NCBI GenBank assembly: GCA_965219385.1
Contig: CBDCNM010000002.1
Coordinates: 1,296,936 to 1,360,935, forward strand
Source of the DNA: Candidatus Latescibacterota bacterium
GTDB lineage: Bacteria > Latescibacterota > UBA2968 > UBA8231
Reading direction: 5' to 3'
Length of the DNA stretch: 64,000 nt
Shown in pieces: positions 34,045-42,337 of this stretch (positions within the stretch are counted from its first letter, which is position 1; each line of letters starts with the position of its first letter). Both the position numbers and the translations under genes were made by a program. The notes under the pieces were generated by a model. It searched no databases. It was given only the letters and a program-made list of their open reading frames with translations, and had not been told where the DNA came from.

Positions 34045-35040
34045 ATGCACCAATCCCGTCCCGTCGGCATCGATGTGAGCGCCCGCACCTTGGAGGTAGC
34101 CCTGGCGGGCCCGAACCCAAGCCGAGCGAGCGCCACGTTTGACAACACCCCCGCTGGCCATCGTCGGTTGATCCAATGGATCACCAAACGCGGTCAATCG
34201 GCCCGGGTGGGCCTGGAAGCGACCGGGGTCTATAGCTTAGAGATAGCCTTAGCCCTGCATCGTCATCCCCGTACCGAGGGGATGGTGGTCAATCCTAAAG
34301 CCATCAAAAACTATGCCGGCGCTCGCCTACAGCGGGCCAAGACCGACCCGGTCGATGCGCAGGTCCTCCTGGATTTTGTCCAGCGTATGGACTTTGTCCC
34401 CTGGCAGCCGCCCACTCAGGCGGTACTGCAGTTGCAGGCGATCACCCGGCGCATGACCCAGTTGAAGGTCGAAGTCAACCGCGAAACCAATCGCTTACAC
34501 GCCGAGGGATATCGTGTCAGCTCCACCAACTTGATTGAGCGTGATATCCAGGTCCATATCCGCCACATGCAGCGCCGGATCCAGCGTTTGGAAGAAGAGG
34601 GTATGGCACTCGTCCTATCGGTGGTCGAGCTGAGTGAAAAATTTCACCATCTGCTCTCCATCCCGGGCATTGCCCAAGCTAGTGCACTGCGGCTGATCGC
34701 TGAGTTGGCCGTATTGCCGGCCGATATGAAAGCGCCCCAATGGGTAGCGCAGGCCGGGTTGGATCCGCGACCCTATGAATCGGGTAACTCCATCCATCCG
34801 CCGCGACGCATCACCAAAGCCGGTAATAAGTATCTGCGCGCCGCCTTATATATGCCCGCCCTGGTGGCCATTCGCCATCAACCCCAGGTCAAAGCCTTTT
34901 ATGACAAGCCCATCGCCGCCGGCAAAAAGCCGCTACAGGCCATTGTCGCCGTGATGCGAAAACTGGTGCATGCTATTTGGGGCGTGTGGACCTACAACCA
35001 GGATTTCGACGGACAGAAATTTTATAAAATGGCCGCATAA
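34045..35040 (+). CDS. IS110 recombinase/transposase
   Basis: DEDD residues in GIDVS, LEATG, KTDPVDA; ESG serine; GNKYLRAALY, AVMRKL. Confidence 0.95.
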   Translation: MHQSRPVGIDVSARTLEVALAGPNPSRASATFDNTPAGHRRLIQWITKRGQSARVGLEATGVYSLEIALALHRHPRTEGMVVNPKAIKNYAGARLQRAKTDPVDAQVLLDFVQRMDFVPWQPPTQAVLQLQAITRRMTQLKVEVNRETNRLHAEGYRVSSTNLIERDIQVHIRHMQRRIQRLEEEGMALVLSVVELSEKFHHLLSIPGIAQASALRLIAELAVLPADMKAPQWVAQAGLDPRPYESGNSIHPPRRITKAGNKYLRAALYMPALVAIRHQPQVKAFYDKPIAAGKKPLQAIVAVMRKLVHAIWGVWTYNQDFDGQKFYKMAA

Positions 35041-35065
35041 GACCCTTGACTTTTAAGAGAGTATC

Positions 35066-35141
35066 TAACGTCTCAGTGCCCCCCGAACCGCGCAGCGGTT
35101 GGGCGAAGGCCCTTGTGGCCTGAGCCGGGGGCACGGTGTTA
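35066..35141 (-). repeat. attC-like site l (IS110 target)
   Basis: TAACGTC..GTGCCCCC-CGAACCGCGCAGCGGTT..GGGGGCAC-GGTGTTA. Confidence 0.88.
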
Positions 35142-35179
35142 GACGAAGGGCATTCCCGAATATCGACCTACGCCTTGGC

Positions 35180-35578
35180 CTAAACGAAAACTGAGGGTGA
35201 AACGCCAAATCGCTTGGACAAAGCACGTATCTGCCGAACGTTCAACTCCCGCCTCCCACACAGAATCTCTGAAACCACTCCTTGTGAACCCACCTCCGGC
35301 AAATCCGTCTGCCTCAATTCATGCTCCTCCATGAGAAATCGAAGGGATTCCGCTCCCTCCGTCTTGGGCATGGGATGGTGTTGTTCTTCCCAAGCATGGA
35401 CAACGGCGCCCAGCGTATCGAGCAGAGAATAAAGTGGATGCTGCTCATCCGTGCCCACTTCATCAACCAAGCTGTTGAGGCGCTCCAAGGCCAAATCGTA
35501 TTCCTGCTCGTTCTGAATCTTGAGTAGGGCACTCACTTGCGTCCATGATCGCTGAAGCTGTGGCGTAATGACACTCAT
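35180..35578 (-). CDS. higA: Cassette: HigA antitoxin (HTH)
   Basis: LRFLMEEHEL.Q.DLPEVGSQGVVSEIL.G.RELN..QI..LS.RF. Confidence 0.9.
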   Translation of the reverse strand: MSVITPQLQRSWTQVSALLKIQNEQEYDLALERLNSLVDEVGTDEQHPLYSLLDTLGAVVHAWEEQHHPMPKTEGAESLRFLMEEHELRQTDLPEVGSQGVVSEILCGRRELNVRQIRALSKRFGVSPSVFV

Positions 35579-35862
35579 GTGGTCCATCCTCCACGGTCGT
35601 AGGCTTGATGTGTAAGCACATGACGGATGTATACTTTGCCCCGATTGAAGTGAATAGAGACAATCAGGCGGTACTTGTTGCCGGCGATGTTAAACACGAC
35701 GAATTCTCCGACTTTATCGGCCGATGGAAAAGTGTGGCGCAAGGCCGCGAAACTGCTAAACTGAGTCTGCTGCATGATTTTGAACCAGCGACTCAGTGCC
35801 TTCTTACTGTCGGGATGCTGCGTCCAAAACACCCGGAGGGCTTTCCGTGAGATGACGTGCAT
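35575..35862 (-). CDS. higB: Cassette: HigB toxin
   Basis: MHVISRKAL, TFPSADKVG, VFNIAGNKYRLI, VLTH..YD; ATGA overlap with higA. Confidence 0.92.
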   Translation of the reverse strand: MHVISRKALRVFWTQHPDSKKALSRWFKIMQQTQFSSFAALRHTFPSADKVGEFVVFNIAGNKYRLIVSIHFNRGKVYIRHVLTHQAYDRGGWTT

Positions 35863-35871
35863 ATAGACAAA

Positions 35872-35897
35872 ATATCGCAAATTGCGATATATCGCAA
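35872..35897. promoter_or_regulatory. Probable HigA operator (overlapping palindromes)
   Basis: ATATCGCAA-A-TTGCGATAT overlapping TTGCGATATATCGCAA, just upstream of higB. Confidence 0.7.
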
Positions 35898-35953
35898 CTC
35901 TCCTCTGCTCCGCTGCCCATTGACCCGACCGAACGCCCTTACTGCCTTTCGGC

Positions 35954-36045
35954 TAACGTTCTTGTGTTTACGAACCCGAGCGAATGCGAGGGGTTGCCCG
36001 GCAGGGCCAAGGAGCGAGGCGACGCAGCGCAACACCGTGCTGTTA
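35954..36045 (-). repeat. attC-like site m
   Basis: TAACGTT..CGAACCC..GCAACACCGTGCTGTTA, 92 bp. Confidence 0.85.
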
Positions 36046-36079
36046 TGGGCCGTGGCACGCAATGGCCTTCATTGAAGGT

Positions 36080-36313
36080 TCAGGAGGTGGTAGGCGAAAC
36101 GTCTCTAACGTGTAAGATCTCACCCGCCAAGGGAGGACGTATTGATGAATCTTCCAGGGTCAGAACCGCGATCGTGGTGCCCTGAGTATCCACGAACTCT
36201 ACCTCCGATGCCTCGTCGTCCGCGTATCTATGCACCACCGTGCCCACATCCCCAGCCACCAGACCGTGCTCTACGATAGACTCCTCAAGAACCACCAGAT
36301 CCAATTCAGTCAT
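36080..36313 (-). CDS. Cassette: DUF4926 family protein
   Basis: ELDLVVL..GL.AGDVGTVV...EVEFVD..G.TIAVLTL. Confidence 0.85.
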   Translation of the reverse strand: MTELDLVVLEESIVEHGLVAGDVGTVVHRYADDEASEVEFVDTQGTTIAVLTLEDSSIRPPLAGEILHVRDVSPTTS

Positions 36314-36327
36314 TTCATCCTCCTTGA

Positions 36328-36661
36328 TCAGGCTGGATAGGCTGTCACCAGACGAGGCCGAGCGGAGCCAGGTTCAACAATCCAGACCGTCCGTATCCGA
36401 ACACTCGACCCTGATGGGGTTTTCACACGACCATCCACAACATACTTGGTACCATGGTGTGTCTGCATAACTTCGAAGACCTGCTCATTGCGCGCGATGG
36501 GATGCTAAATCAGCTTCCAGAACAGAGGGATCCTCTTGTCGATACCCAACACCACGGAAGAATCTCGCCTTTGCTCGACCTACGGCATGTACATCGGAAA
36601 GCAGATATTGCTCGACTTTCTCGGTTGGTATCGCCGCATTTTTTCCGTTAGGCAACTTCAT
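36328..36661 (-). pseudogene. Cassette: DUF6883-like putative toxin, frameshifted near 36500
   Basis: MKLPN...K...YLL...H..G..KARFF, then GTKYVVDG..TPSG....RTVWI......PRLVTAYPA in another frame. Confidence 0.72.
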
Positions 36662-36688
36662 AGAATCCAATTCTTATACCATGGCACA

Positions 36689-36781
36689 TAACGTTATGTC
36701 GGTTTGCGAACCCCGAGCTTGTCGAGGGGTTGCCGCAGGCCAAGCCGCCCACAGGGCAGCGCAGCGCAAAACGATGTGTTA
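36689..36781 (-). repeat. attC-like site n
   Basis: TAACGTT..GGTTTGCGAACCCC..CGCAAAACGATGTGTTA, 93 bp. Confidence 0.88.
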
Positions 36782-36819
36782 TGTGCTGTGCCTTGCTCCC
36801 TGTGGGGGTGATATCAATC

Positions 36820-37611
36820 CTAGATAGCTATGCACGTTATGGTATCGTGTGCTCGTCCAGTACAGTCACAGTGCACATATTCAATGCCATCGATTACTAT
36901 TCGCCGATTCCTTGGATACCTCTGGATTAAATCACCGCCTCGGTAGAACCGTCCGTCATATCGCCGAAATAGTACAGTTCGCCCACCGGTCTCAACGAAC
37001 GCCTCTACCAATTCTCCGCCGTTCGGCTCTGAAAGATCTACATCCAATACTCGGAGACAGTGGTGCGTGTTGCCGCCGATTGTTACATCGTATACGCCTG
37101 CTCCAATGCCCTCCCCGGCGGCGGTCTTGTACGAACCGTCATGTTGACGCCTGTAGCGACCGTCATCGAAGAGTCTGCGACTTGACGGTTCGCCCCAGTC
37201 GTCTTCGAATCCGGCATCGGTGCTTGAGTAGAACACCTTCGTATTGTCCTCGTTCTTGATTACGCCAAGCCATCTTACCTCGTCATCGTCGATTACGCCG
37301 TACATATACCCGGGGTCGAATTCGACAGACCAGTGGCAACAATTAGACCATTGATCCAGCCGAATCTCAATGCAGTCCGAGTCATGGAGCCTCGCGCGGC
37401 CCGTAGCGGCCATTTCCGTAACAGCAACAAGCTCTCGCGTCAGCGAATCATAGGCTGCCCAAGTGGTCCTTTCGCCAAGTGTTGGGACGGCAAACCACCA
37501 CTGCAACTCCAGGCAATCAATCTCATCGATTCTCTCTGAGCTCTCGACGATTCTGATGTCCGGTCGCGTAAGCGGGAACGGATGAGTGGCGCTTCCATCG
37601 GTTGTGCACAT
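36820..37611 (-). CDS. Cassette: hypothetical protein
   Basis: ORF with GGAGG RBS, bounded by sites n and o. Confidence 0.7.
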   Translation of the reverse strand: MCTTDGSATHPFPLTRPDIRIVESSERIDEIDCLELQWWFAVPTLGERTTWAAYDSLTRELVAVTEMAATGRARLHDSDCIEIRLDQWSNCCHWSVEFDPGYMYGVIDDDEVRWLGVIKNEDNTKVFYSSTDAGFEDDWGEPSSRRLFDDGRYRRQHDGSYKTAAGEGIGAGVYDVTIGGNTHHCLRVLDVDLSEPNGGELVEAFVETGGRTVLFRRYDGRFYRGGDLIQRYPRNRRIVIDGIEYVHCDCTGRAHDTITCIAI

Positions 37612-37712
37612 CACTTCGCCTCCTCCAGTCCGGGCAGGACTACGAAAATCCAGTAATACCGTGTGAGTGACCCGAAATTGACCTGACAGGTAATAACCTA
37701 GGGCATGGCACA

Positions 37713-37790
37713 TAACGTTTTCCGGTTTGCGAACCCCGAAGGGGTTGCCCGATAGGGCCGTATGGCCCGTAGCCGGGCACGGGCGTGTTA
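37713..37790 (-). repeat. attC-like site o
   Basis: TAACGTTTTCCGGTTTGCGAACCCCGAAGGGGTT..GTGTTA; contains the stop codon of the upstream gene. Confidence 0.88.
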
Positions 37791-38672
37791 GCGGAAGTCG
37801 CCCCCCGGGTTGTCACTCATTCTTCTGATCTCCCTAAGATACTCTGTGACATTCCGATCAAGCTCAAGAGGATAGGCGCAGCCTAAATGTTCTCCAACCT
37901 TGGATGCCAGCCTCCCGAACACTTCGGCTGTTTTGAACATAGCGTTCCAGTTCTCTTCAAGGTCAGCCCCCGCGAATGTCGCCTCGATATCCGACCAAAG
38001 GTCGGATTCCACCTGTTTCTTGAACCATCTGCCAAAGGCACCCGGATTGGACTTCCAGCTGTTCTGCATACCAATGTACCAGGCGATCGCAGTTCTCAGA
38101 TAGTGATGATGTAGAGAGTCGTCAAGCATATACTTGGCAAAGAATAACTCGTCCCGGAATAGGTACTTGGCTACGTAAGTTATGTTCCACCAGAAGTGGT
38201 GAACAAGCTCCTCGTATTCCCCTTCAGTTGGCTGTTTTGTCAAATACTGAGTGTAGGTCGGCGATACTGCTCCTTCGGCAAGGCCATCCTTGTCGAGAAG
38301 GACTTGATAGCCCATGTCGTTCGTATAGCCTCCATGTTCTCTGCTATCCTCTTCCATGGCTTCCGACAACATGATGTGGAAATCGATCCTTGGGACGTCC
38401 TTGAATATCACAAGGCGCCAAACGTCGTTCTCGTCCCCAATAACAGGTTTATAGGGTTCGCGGACTAAGACTTCCCCAAATATCCTTAGCCACTCGTCCC
38501 CCTCCAGGAAAGGCTGCAGGTCTTCCACAAATAGTTCGATGTCGTAGTCAGACAACGTGTCAATAGGAACGCTGGGATTTGCACGAGTACTAGTAAGGAT
38601 TACTGCTCGAACGTTCTCGTTCCCCTTGGCCCACTCCGTCACTTCTTTCGCCATGTTCTTCGTGGTATTCAT
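37788..38672 (-). CDS. Cassette: aminoglycoside 6-adenylyltransferase (AadK/ANT(6)) family protein
   Basis: VRAVILTSTRAN..D.LSDYDIE, RIDF, VLLDKDG, FWW...YVAK.L.RDEL. Confidence 0.85.
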   Translation of the reverse strand: MNTTKNMAKEVTEWAKGNENVRAVILTSTRANPSVPIDTLSDYDIELFVEDLQPFLEGDEWLRIFGEVLVREPYKPVIGDENDVWRLVIFKDVPRIDFHIMLSEAMEEDSREHGGYTNDMGYQVLLDKDGLAEGAVSPTYTQYLTKQPTEGEYEELVHHFWWNITYVAKYLFRDELFFAKYMLDDSLHHHYLRTAIAWYIGMQNSWKSNPGAFGRWFKKQVESDLWSDIEATFAGADLEENWNAMFKTAEVFGRLASKVGEHLGCAYPLELDRNVTEYLREIRRMSDNPGGDFR

Positions 38673-38712
38673 CGAGTCCTATTAGGATTCAACAGCGTCC
38701 GATATCGAGCGA

Positions 38713-38780
38713 TTTCCGCTAACTGCTTTTAGCCGCCGTGCTCATTCTCTCATAAGACGCCATATGGTGAGGCGTTAGCG
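38713..38780 (-). other. Atypical internal junction (attI-like core or aberrant short attC)
   Basis: TAACTGCTT identical to the attI core; left flank matches the right flank of site o at 14/15. Confidence 0.6.
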
Positions 38781-38790
38781 TCAGGTTCAT

Positions 38791-39303
38791 TCAAAGGACC
38801 ATACCGTACCGGATCTCTCGCAGTTCAAAACCCTCTCGCTTTTCAGTCTTCGTTAAACCCTCGGTTTTGAATCCGAATTTCTCGTAGAAGGATCTGGCTC
38901 TTTGATTGGTTTCCAAAACCCAGACTTTTACGGAGCCAAAGCCATCTCTCTCCAGGGCTGTCAAAGCGTTTTCTATCAGTGTTCTGCCGATTCCGCGATT
39001 CCAGAAATCTTCCAATACGTAGATCGAATATACCTCTCCAGTCAGGAGTCTGTTTTCCTCTTCACCTCGGAGAGGACCAAAGCTCGAGAATCCAACGATT
39101 CTCACTTCATCTTCTGCTACCAGAACACTACGCATCTGATCCTTCAGAATTTGAGTCCACGCCAGCTCCCGTTTCGCAACCGACAGCCCTTCGAGATACG
39201 AATCAGGAATCTGTCCTCGATAAGTGGCCTGCCAGGAACGAACATGGACTTCAGCGATACCCCTCACATCATCGGAATGGGCACTTCTGAATATTCTGGA
39301 CAC
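38791..39303 (-). CDS. Cassette: GNAT acetyltransferase
   Basis: HVRSWQATY.G, GEVYSIYV, GIGRTL, WVLETNQRARSFYEKFGF. Confidence 0.92.
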   Translation of the reverse strand: MSRIFRSAHSDDVRGIAEVHVRSWQATYRGQIPDSYLEGLSVAKRELAWTQILKDQMRSVLVAEDEVRIVGFSSFGPLRGEEENRLLTGEVYSIYVLEDFWNRGIGRTLIENALTALERDGFGSVKVWVLETNQRARSFYEKFGFKTEGLTKTEKREGFELREIRYGMVL

Positions 39304-39360
39304 AAAAAGCTATCTCCTAAATCGGCCGGCGCCTTCTCTCGTGCTGACTTGCATGACCGA

Positions 39361-39454
39361 TAACGTTCATCCGTTACCGAACCCCCGGAGCGTAGCGAAG
39401 GGGGTTGCCCGCAGGGCCAAGGCGCGTATGCGCCGCAGCGGGAACGGGGTGTTA
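39361..39454 (-). repeat. attC-like site p
   Basis: TAACGTT..CCGTTACCGAACCCC..GGGAACGGGGTGTTA, 94 bp. Confidence 0.88.
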
Positions 39455-39531
39455 AAGGACGTGGGATACTATCTCCCCTCAAGGTGTATCTTGAAACCAA
39501 ATTCCTATAACTGTCCCAATTCATGCGCTTG

Positions 39532-40308
39532 TTAGCGCTGTTGCGTACATTCTGGTATATCGATCAGCAACATGCCTTCTTCTTTTAAAGGATATTCAAC
39601 CAGAATGTCACCTGATTTTGAGACAAATAAAGCACCACCGAAGTAACCGCCCATTTCGTCGTCTGTCAACTGATTGACCAACATCATATTGACGCCGGCC
39701 TCTCGCGCTCGCCCGGCATAAAGGTACTTTTCCTGTCTATGCCACATAGCCATATCGGCCACATCTTCATCAAAACTGCGAGCCATAGGAAACAACAACC
39801 AGTCTGGATTTAATGCTTTCACACGAGATAAGCAGGTATTATTGAATAGATCGCCACAAAGCAAAAAGGCAGCGGTTCCAATCGGTGTAGAGGCGATTGG
39901 CACCTCGTCTCCCTGGGCATAAATCGGAAAAGGACAAGGCCGATTATGCCAGTGATGCCAACACGGATCGATACGACGATATCGCATACGAATGACACCA
40001 TCAGGACCAATTAGAATAGCCGTGTCATAGAGGCGATCCTCATTTCGTTCAAAAAGCCCCGTTGCCAGCCATATTCGGCATCTGGCTGCAAGCTGGCAAA
40101 GTGCCTCTGAAGCAGCTCTGGGAATAGATTGACCAAGAGACAGATCATAATCGGGGTTCCCGGTGTTCACTAATCCTGTAATCGCTGCTTCGGAAAAAAC
40201 AACCATCTCTGCATTAACATTTGCGGCATCCTCAGTCATTTGCATCAAGCCGGAGAGAGTATCCTGCCGATTTAATTTTACTTGGGGGACACCAAGAGCC
40301 ACTTTCAC
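39532..40308 (-). CDS. Cassette: carbon-nitrogen hydrolase (nitrilase superfamily)
   Basis: VVFSEAAITG, LYDTAILIGPDG, YRR, LLCGD; catalytic Lys position appears to be Arg. Confidence 0.85.
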   Translation of the reverse strand: MKVALGVPQVKLNRQDTLSGLMQMTEDAANVNAEMVVFSEAAITGLVNTGNPDYDLSLGQSIPRAASEALCQLAARCRIWLATGLFERNEDRLYDTAILIGPDGVIRMRYRRIDPCWHHWHNRPCPFPIYAQGDEVPIASTPIGTAAFLLCGDLFNNTCLSRVKALNPDWLLFPMARSFDEDVADMAMWHRQEKYLYAGRAREAGVNMMLVNQLTDDEMGGYFGGALFVSKSGDILVEYPLKEEGMLLIDIPECTQQR

Positions 40309-40434
40309 GCTATATGGTTCCTCTTAAGCTTGAACAGCCCAAACTCATTATTAAACTGCGAAAATTCAGTATCTCTCTTTTAAATTTGGAGGCATACTGA
40401 ATAGATATCTGTCTCACCTTCATCCCATGTCCTG

Positions 40435-40511
40435 TAACGTTTCGCCGTGCTCGAACCGCGAAGCGGTTGGGCGAAGGGCCGTATGGCCCGTAGCCGGGCA
40501 CGGTCGTGTTA
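40435..40511 (-). repeat. attC-like site q
   Basis: TAACGTT..CCGTGCTCGAACCGCGAAGCGGTT..CGGGCACGG..GTGTTA. Confidence 0.88.
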
Positions 40512-40523
40512 AGAGAAGTGCGT

Positions 40524-41234
40524 TCAATCCAATCGTTCGAGGACGGGCTTTAGATCAAGCAAAGATCGGATAACAAGTCCCGAACTCACATCCACGTGAC
40601 CGATTCGGTCGATGAGCACGGAAATCATATTCGCTCGTCTCGCACCCATAATGTCCCACCTTGGATTATCTCCGACAAACAGGCATTCCTCTGGTTTGCA
40701 TCCAAAATGATCCAATGCCCGGCGAAACATAGGTTGGGCGGGCTTCCGCCACCCTACATCCGAACAAAAGATAGCCACCTCGCATCGCGTCGAAAGGCCA
40801 TGTCGCCGCAGTTCTTCAAACCAGGGCTCGCTCGGTGAACCCCAAGGACAGTTCGACAGGATTCCTACGCGGCAGCCATCCGCCAGATGCGCATCTAGAG
40901 CCGGAAGGGTGTCTTCATAGATCTTGGCAATAGAAAGGATTGGCGTGAGGAAGGCACGACAGATCGGCAGCCACTCTTCCTCCGAAACGCAAGGTGCGAC
41001 CGCAAAGATACGACCAAGCCTCTTGTGGAGTGGGCGAACGCGACTGTTTTTGGCTTCGTAGTTCTCAGTCGCGACACCGCGCTCGATCTCAGAATCCGAA
41101 GGCAAATCGTGTCCCGAACGCTCCAGTGCCTCTTTGGCTGCGTGAATTCCTGCCCGCAGCAAAGGAGGAAACTCTTCCCTGCGATAGTACTGGACAAGGG
41201 TGTCGCCAAGGTCAAACAGAAGAACTGGTCTCAA
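40524..41234 (-). CDS. Cassette: HAD-family hydrolase
   Basis: FDLGDTL, ILSN, GWRKP, FVGDNPRWDI.GA. Confidence 0.9.
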   Translation of the reverse strand: MRPVLLFDLGDTLVQYYRREEFPPLLRAGIHAAKEALERSGHDLPSDSEIERGVATENYEAKNSRVRPLHKRLGRIFAVAPCVSEEEWLPICRAFLTPILSIAKIYEDTLPALDAHLADGCRVGILSNCPWGSPSEPWFEELRRHGLSTRCEVAIFCSDVGWRKPAQPMFRRALDHFGCKPEECLFVGDNPRWDIMGARRANMISVLIDRIGHVDVSSGLVIRSLLDLKPVLERLD

Positions 41235-41271
41235 ACCTGAAACTCCTACTCGTCTCTTAAAGCATTTCGCT

Positions 41272-41356
41272 TAACGTCTCGCCGGTTTGCGAACCCGCGA
41301 AGCGGTTGCCGAAGGCCAAGGCGGCGTAGCCGCCGCAGCGCAACACCGTGCTGTTA
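41272..41356 (-). repeat. attC-like site r
   Basis: TAACGTC..CGGTTTGCGAACC..CGCAACACCG..TGTTA, 85 bp. Confidence 0.88.
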
Positions 41357-41453
41357 CACGATTGCGGCTCTGCAACGCACGAAATAAACACGCAAACGCC
41401 TATGATGGCTGGGCGATTGCCTTGGCAATCAAGAGTGTCGGTACAATTCTCTC

Positions 41454-42164
41454 TCAACACCTCTCCACCGATTTTGCTACAGAACCAAGCGGTTCAGAGA
41501 TCTCGGCAAGTTGGAATCCACTTCTGATCAAGGTATTGAAGTACGTTGAAAGCGTTCGGTGGTGGCTGCCAAGCGTGCCACACATCCCGATTCCATCGGA
41601 GTACCATTTGCCTTCAAGGCCATACCGTGAAACACGCAATGCCTTGAAATTTCCCGCTTCGTCCAACTCCTCCTGTGGATTCTCTGCATTGAACGGAGTG
41701 AAAAAGCACGGATGTAGAATTGTGAAGATGAACTTGCCATTGTCGAGAAGTATCCGACGGACATTGAACAATGTTGCCGTTAGGTCAGGGATATCCATGA
41801 GTGTCATGTTGCAAATAACAGCATCCATGCTGGCGTCGGACACCTGATTCAGCGATTGTGCATCGTCCAGGACATACGTGATGCCGTGGTCATCAGAATG
41901 CTCCTTTGCATGCCGCAACAGCATCTGTGAAATGTCCACACCTGTAACGAGAGCGCCCCGACTCGCTAGGATGCGAGACAGATACCCTTCACCGCATCCC
42001 AAGTCACATACACTGATTCCTTGGACATCGCCCAGCATAGTCAGCATGATTTCTACCGAGGGCTGGATACGCCTATCCCTATCCGGAACATTCCTATCCA
42101 GCCAGTTGAGATAGAAATCACCTGCCTTGTCATATTCAGATTCTGTCAACTCATCGATGCGCAT
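41454..42164 (-). CDS. Cassette: class I SAM methyltransferase
   Basis: DLGCGEGYLSR, GVDIS, LMDIPDL, HPCF, HRTLSTY. Confidence 0.9.
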   Translation of the reverse strand: MRIDELTESEYDKAGDFYLNWLDRNVPDRDRRIQPSVEIMLTMLGDVQGISVCDLGCGEGYLSRILASRGALVTGVDISQMLLRHAKEHSDDHGITYVLDDAQSLNQVSDASMDAVICNMTLMDIPDLTATLFNVRRILLDNGKFIFTILHPCFFTPFNAENPQEELDEAGNFKALRVSRYGLEGKWYSDGIGMCGTLGSHHRTLSTYFNTLIRSGFQLAEISEPLGSVAKSVERC

Positions 42165-42227
42165 AGTCTCACTCCCGTTGGGGCATGGGATCTAAGAATG
42201 ATGCAAACCCGTCACGCCGCTTTCGTG

Positions 42228-42310
42228 TAACGTTACTGCGGGCTGCGAACTTGCCGCAGGCAAGTTAGGTCGGAGGCCCGAAAGGGCCGGAGCCGTAGCC
42301 CGACGTGTTA
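42228..42310 (-). repeat. attC-like site s (first cassette)
   Basis: TAACGTT..CGGGCTGCG..CGTAGCCCG..GTGTTA, 83 bp. Confidence 0.88.
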
Positions 42311-42337
42311 CCTGCCGTTAGCCTCTCCGAGTGCGGA

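Larger units (their letters stand above)
33802..35066 (+). mobile_element. IS110-family (IS621-like) element inserted at a cassette/attC junction, CT core at both ends
   Basis: Removing it restores ATGGCGC-CT-AACGT, which complements this cassette's other end (32706-32724) at 17/19. Confidence 0.9.

Noticed and set aside
33949..35066. GAGTATCT as an 8-bp target duplication defining IS110 ends
   Set aside because: Cassette-end complementarity and the 17-bp junction promoter place the left end at 33802; the 33949 copy fits the donor guide.
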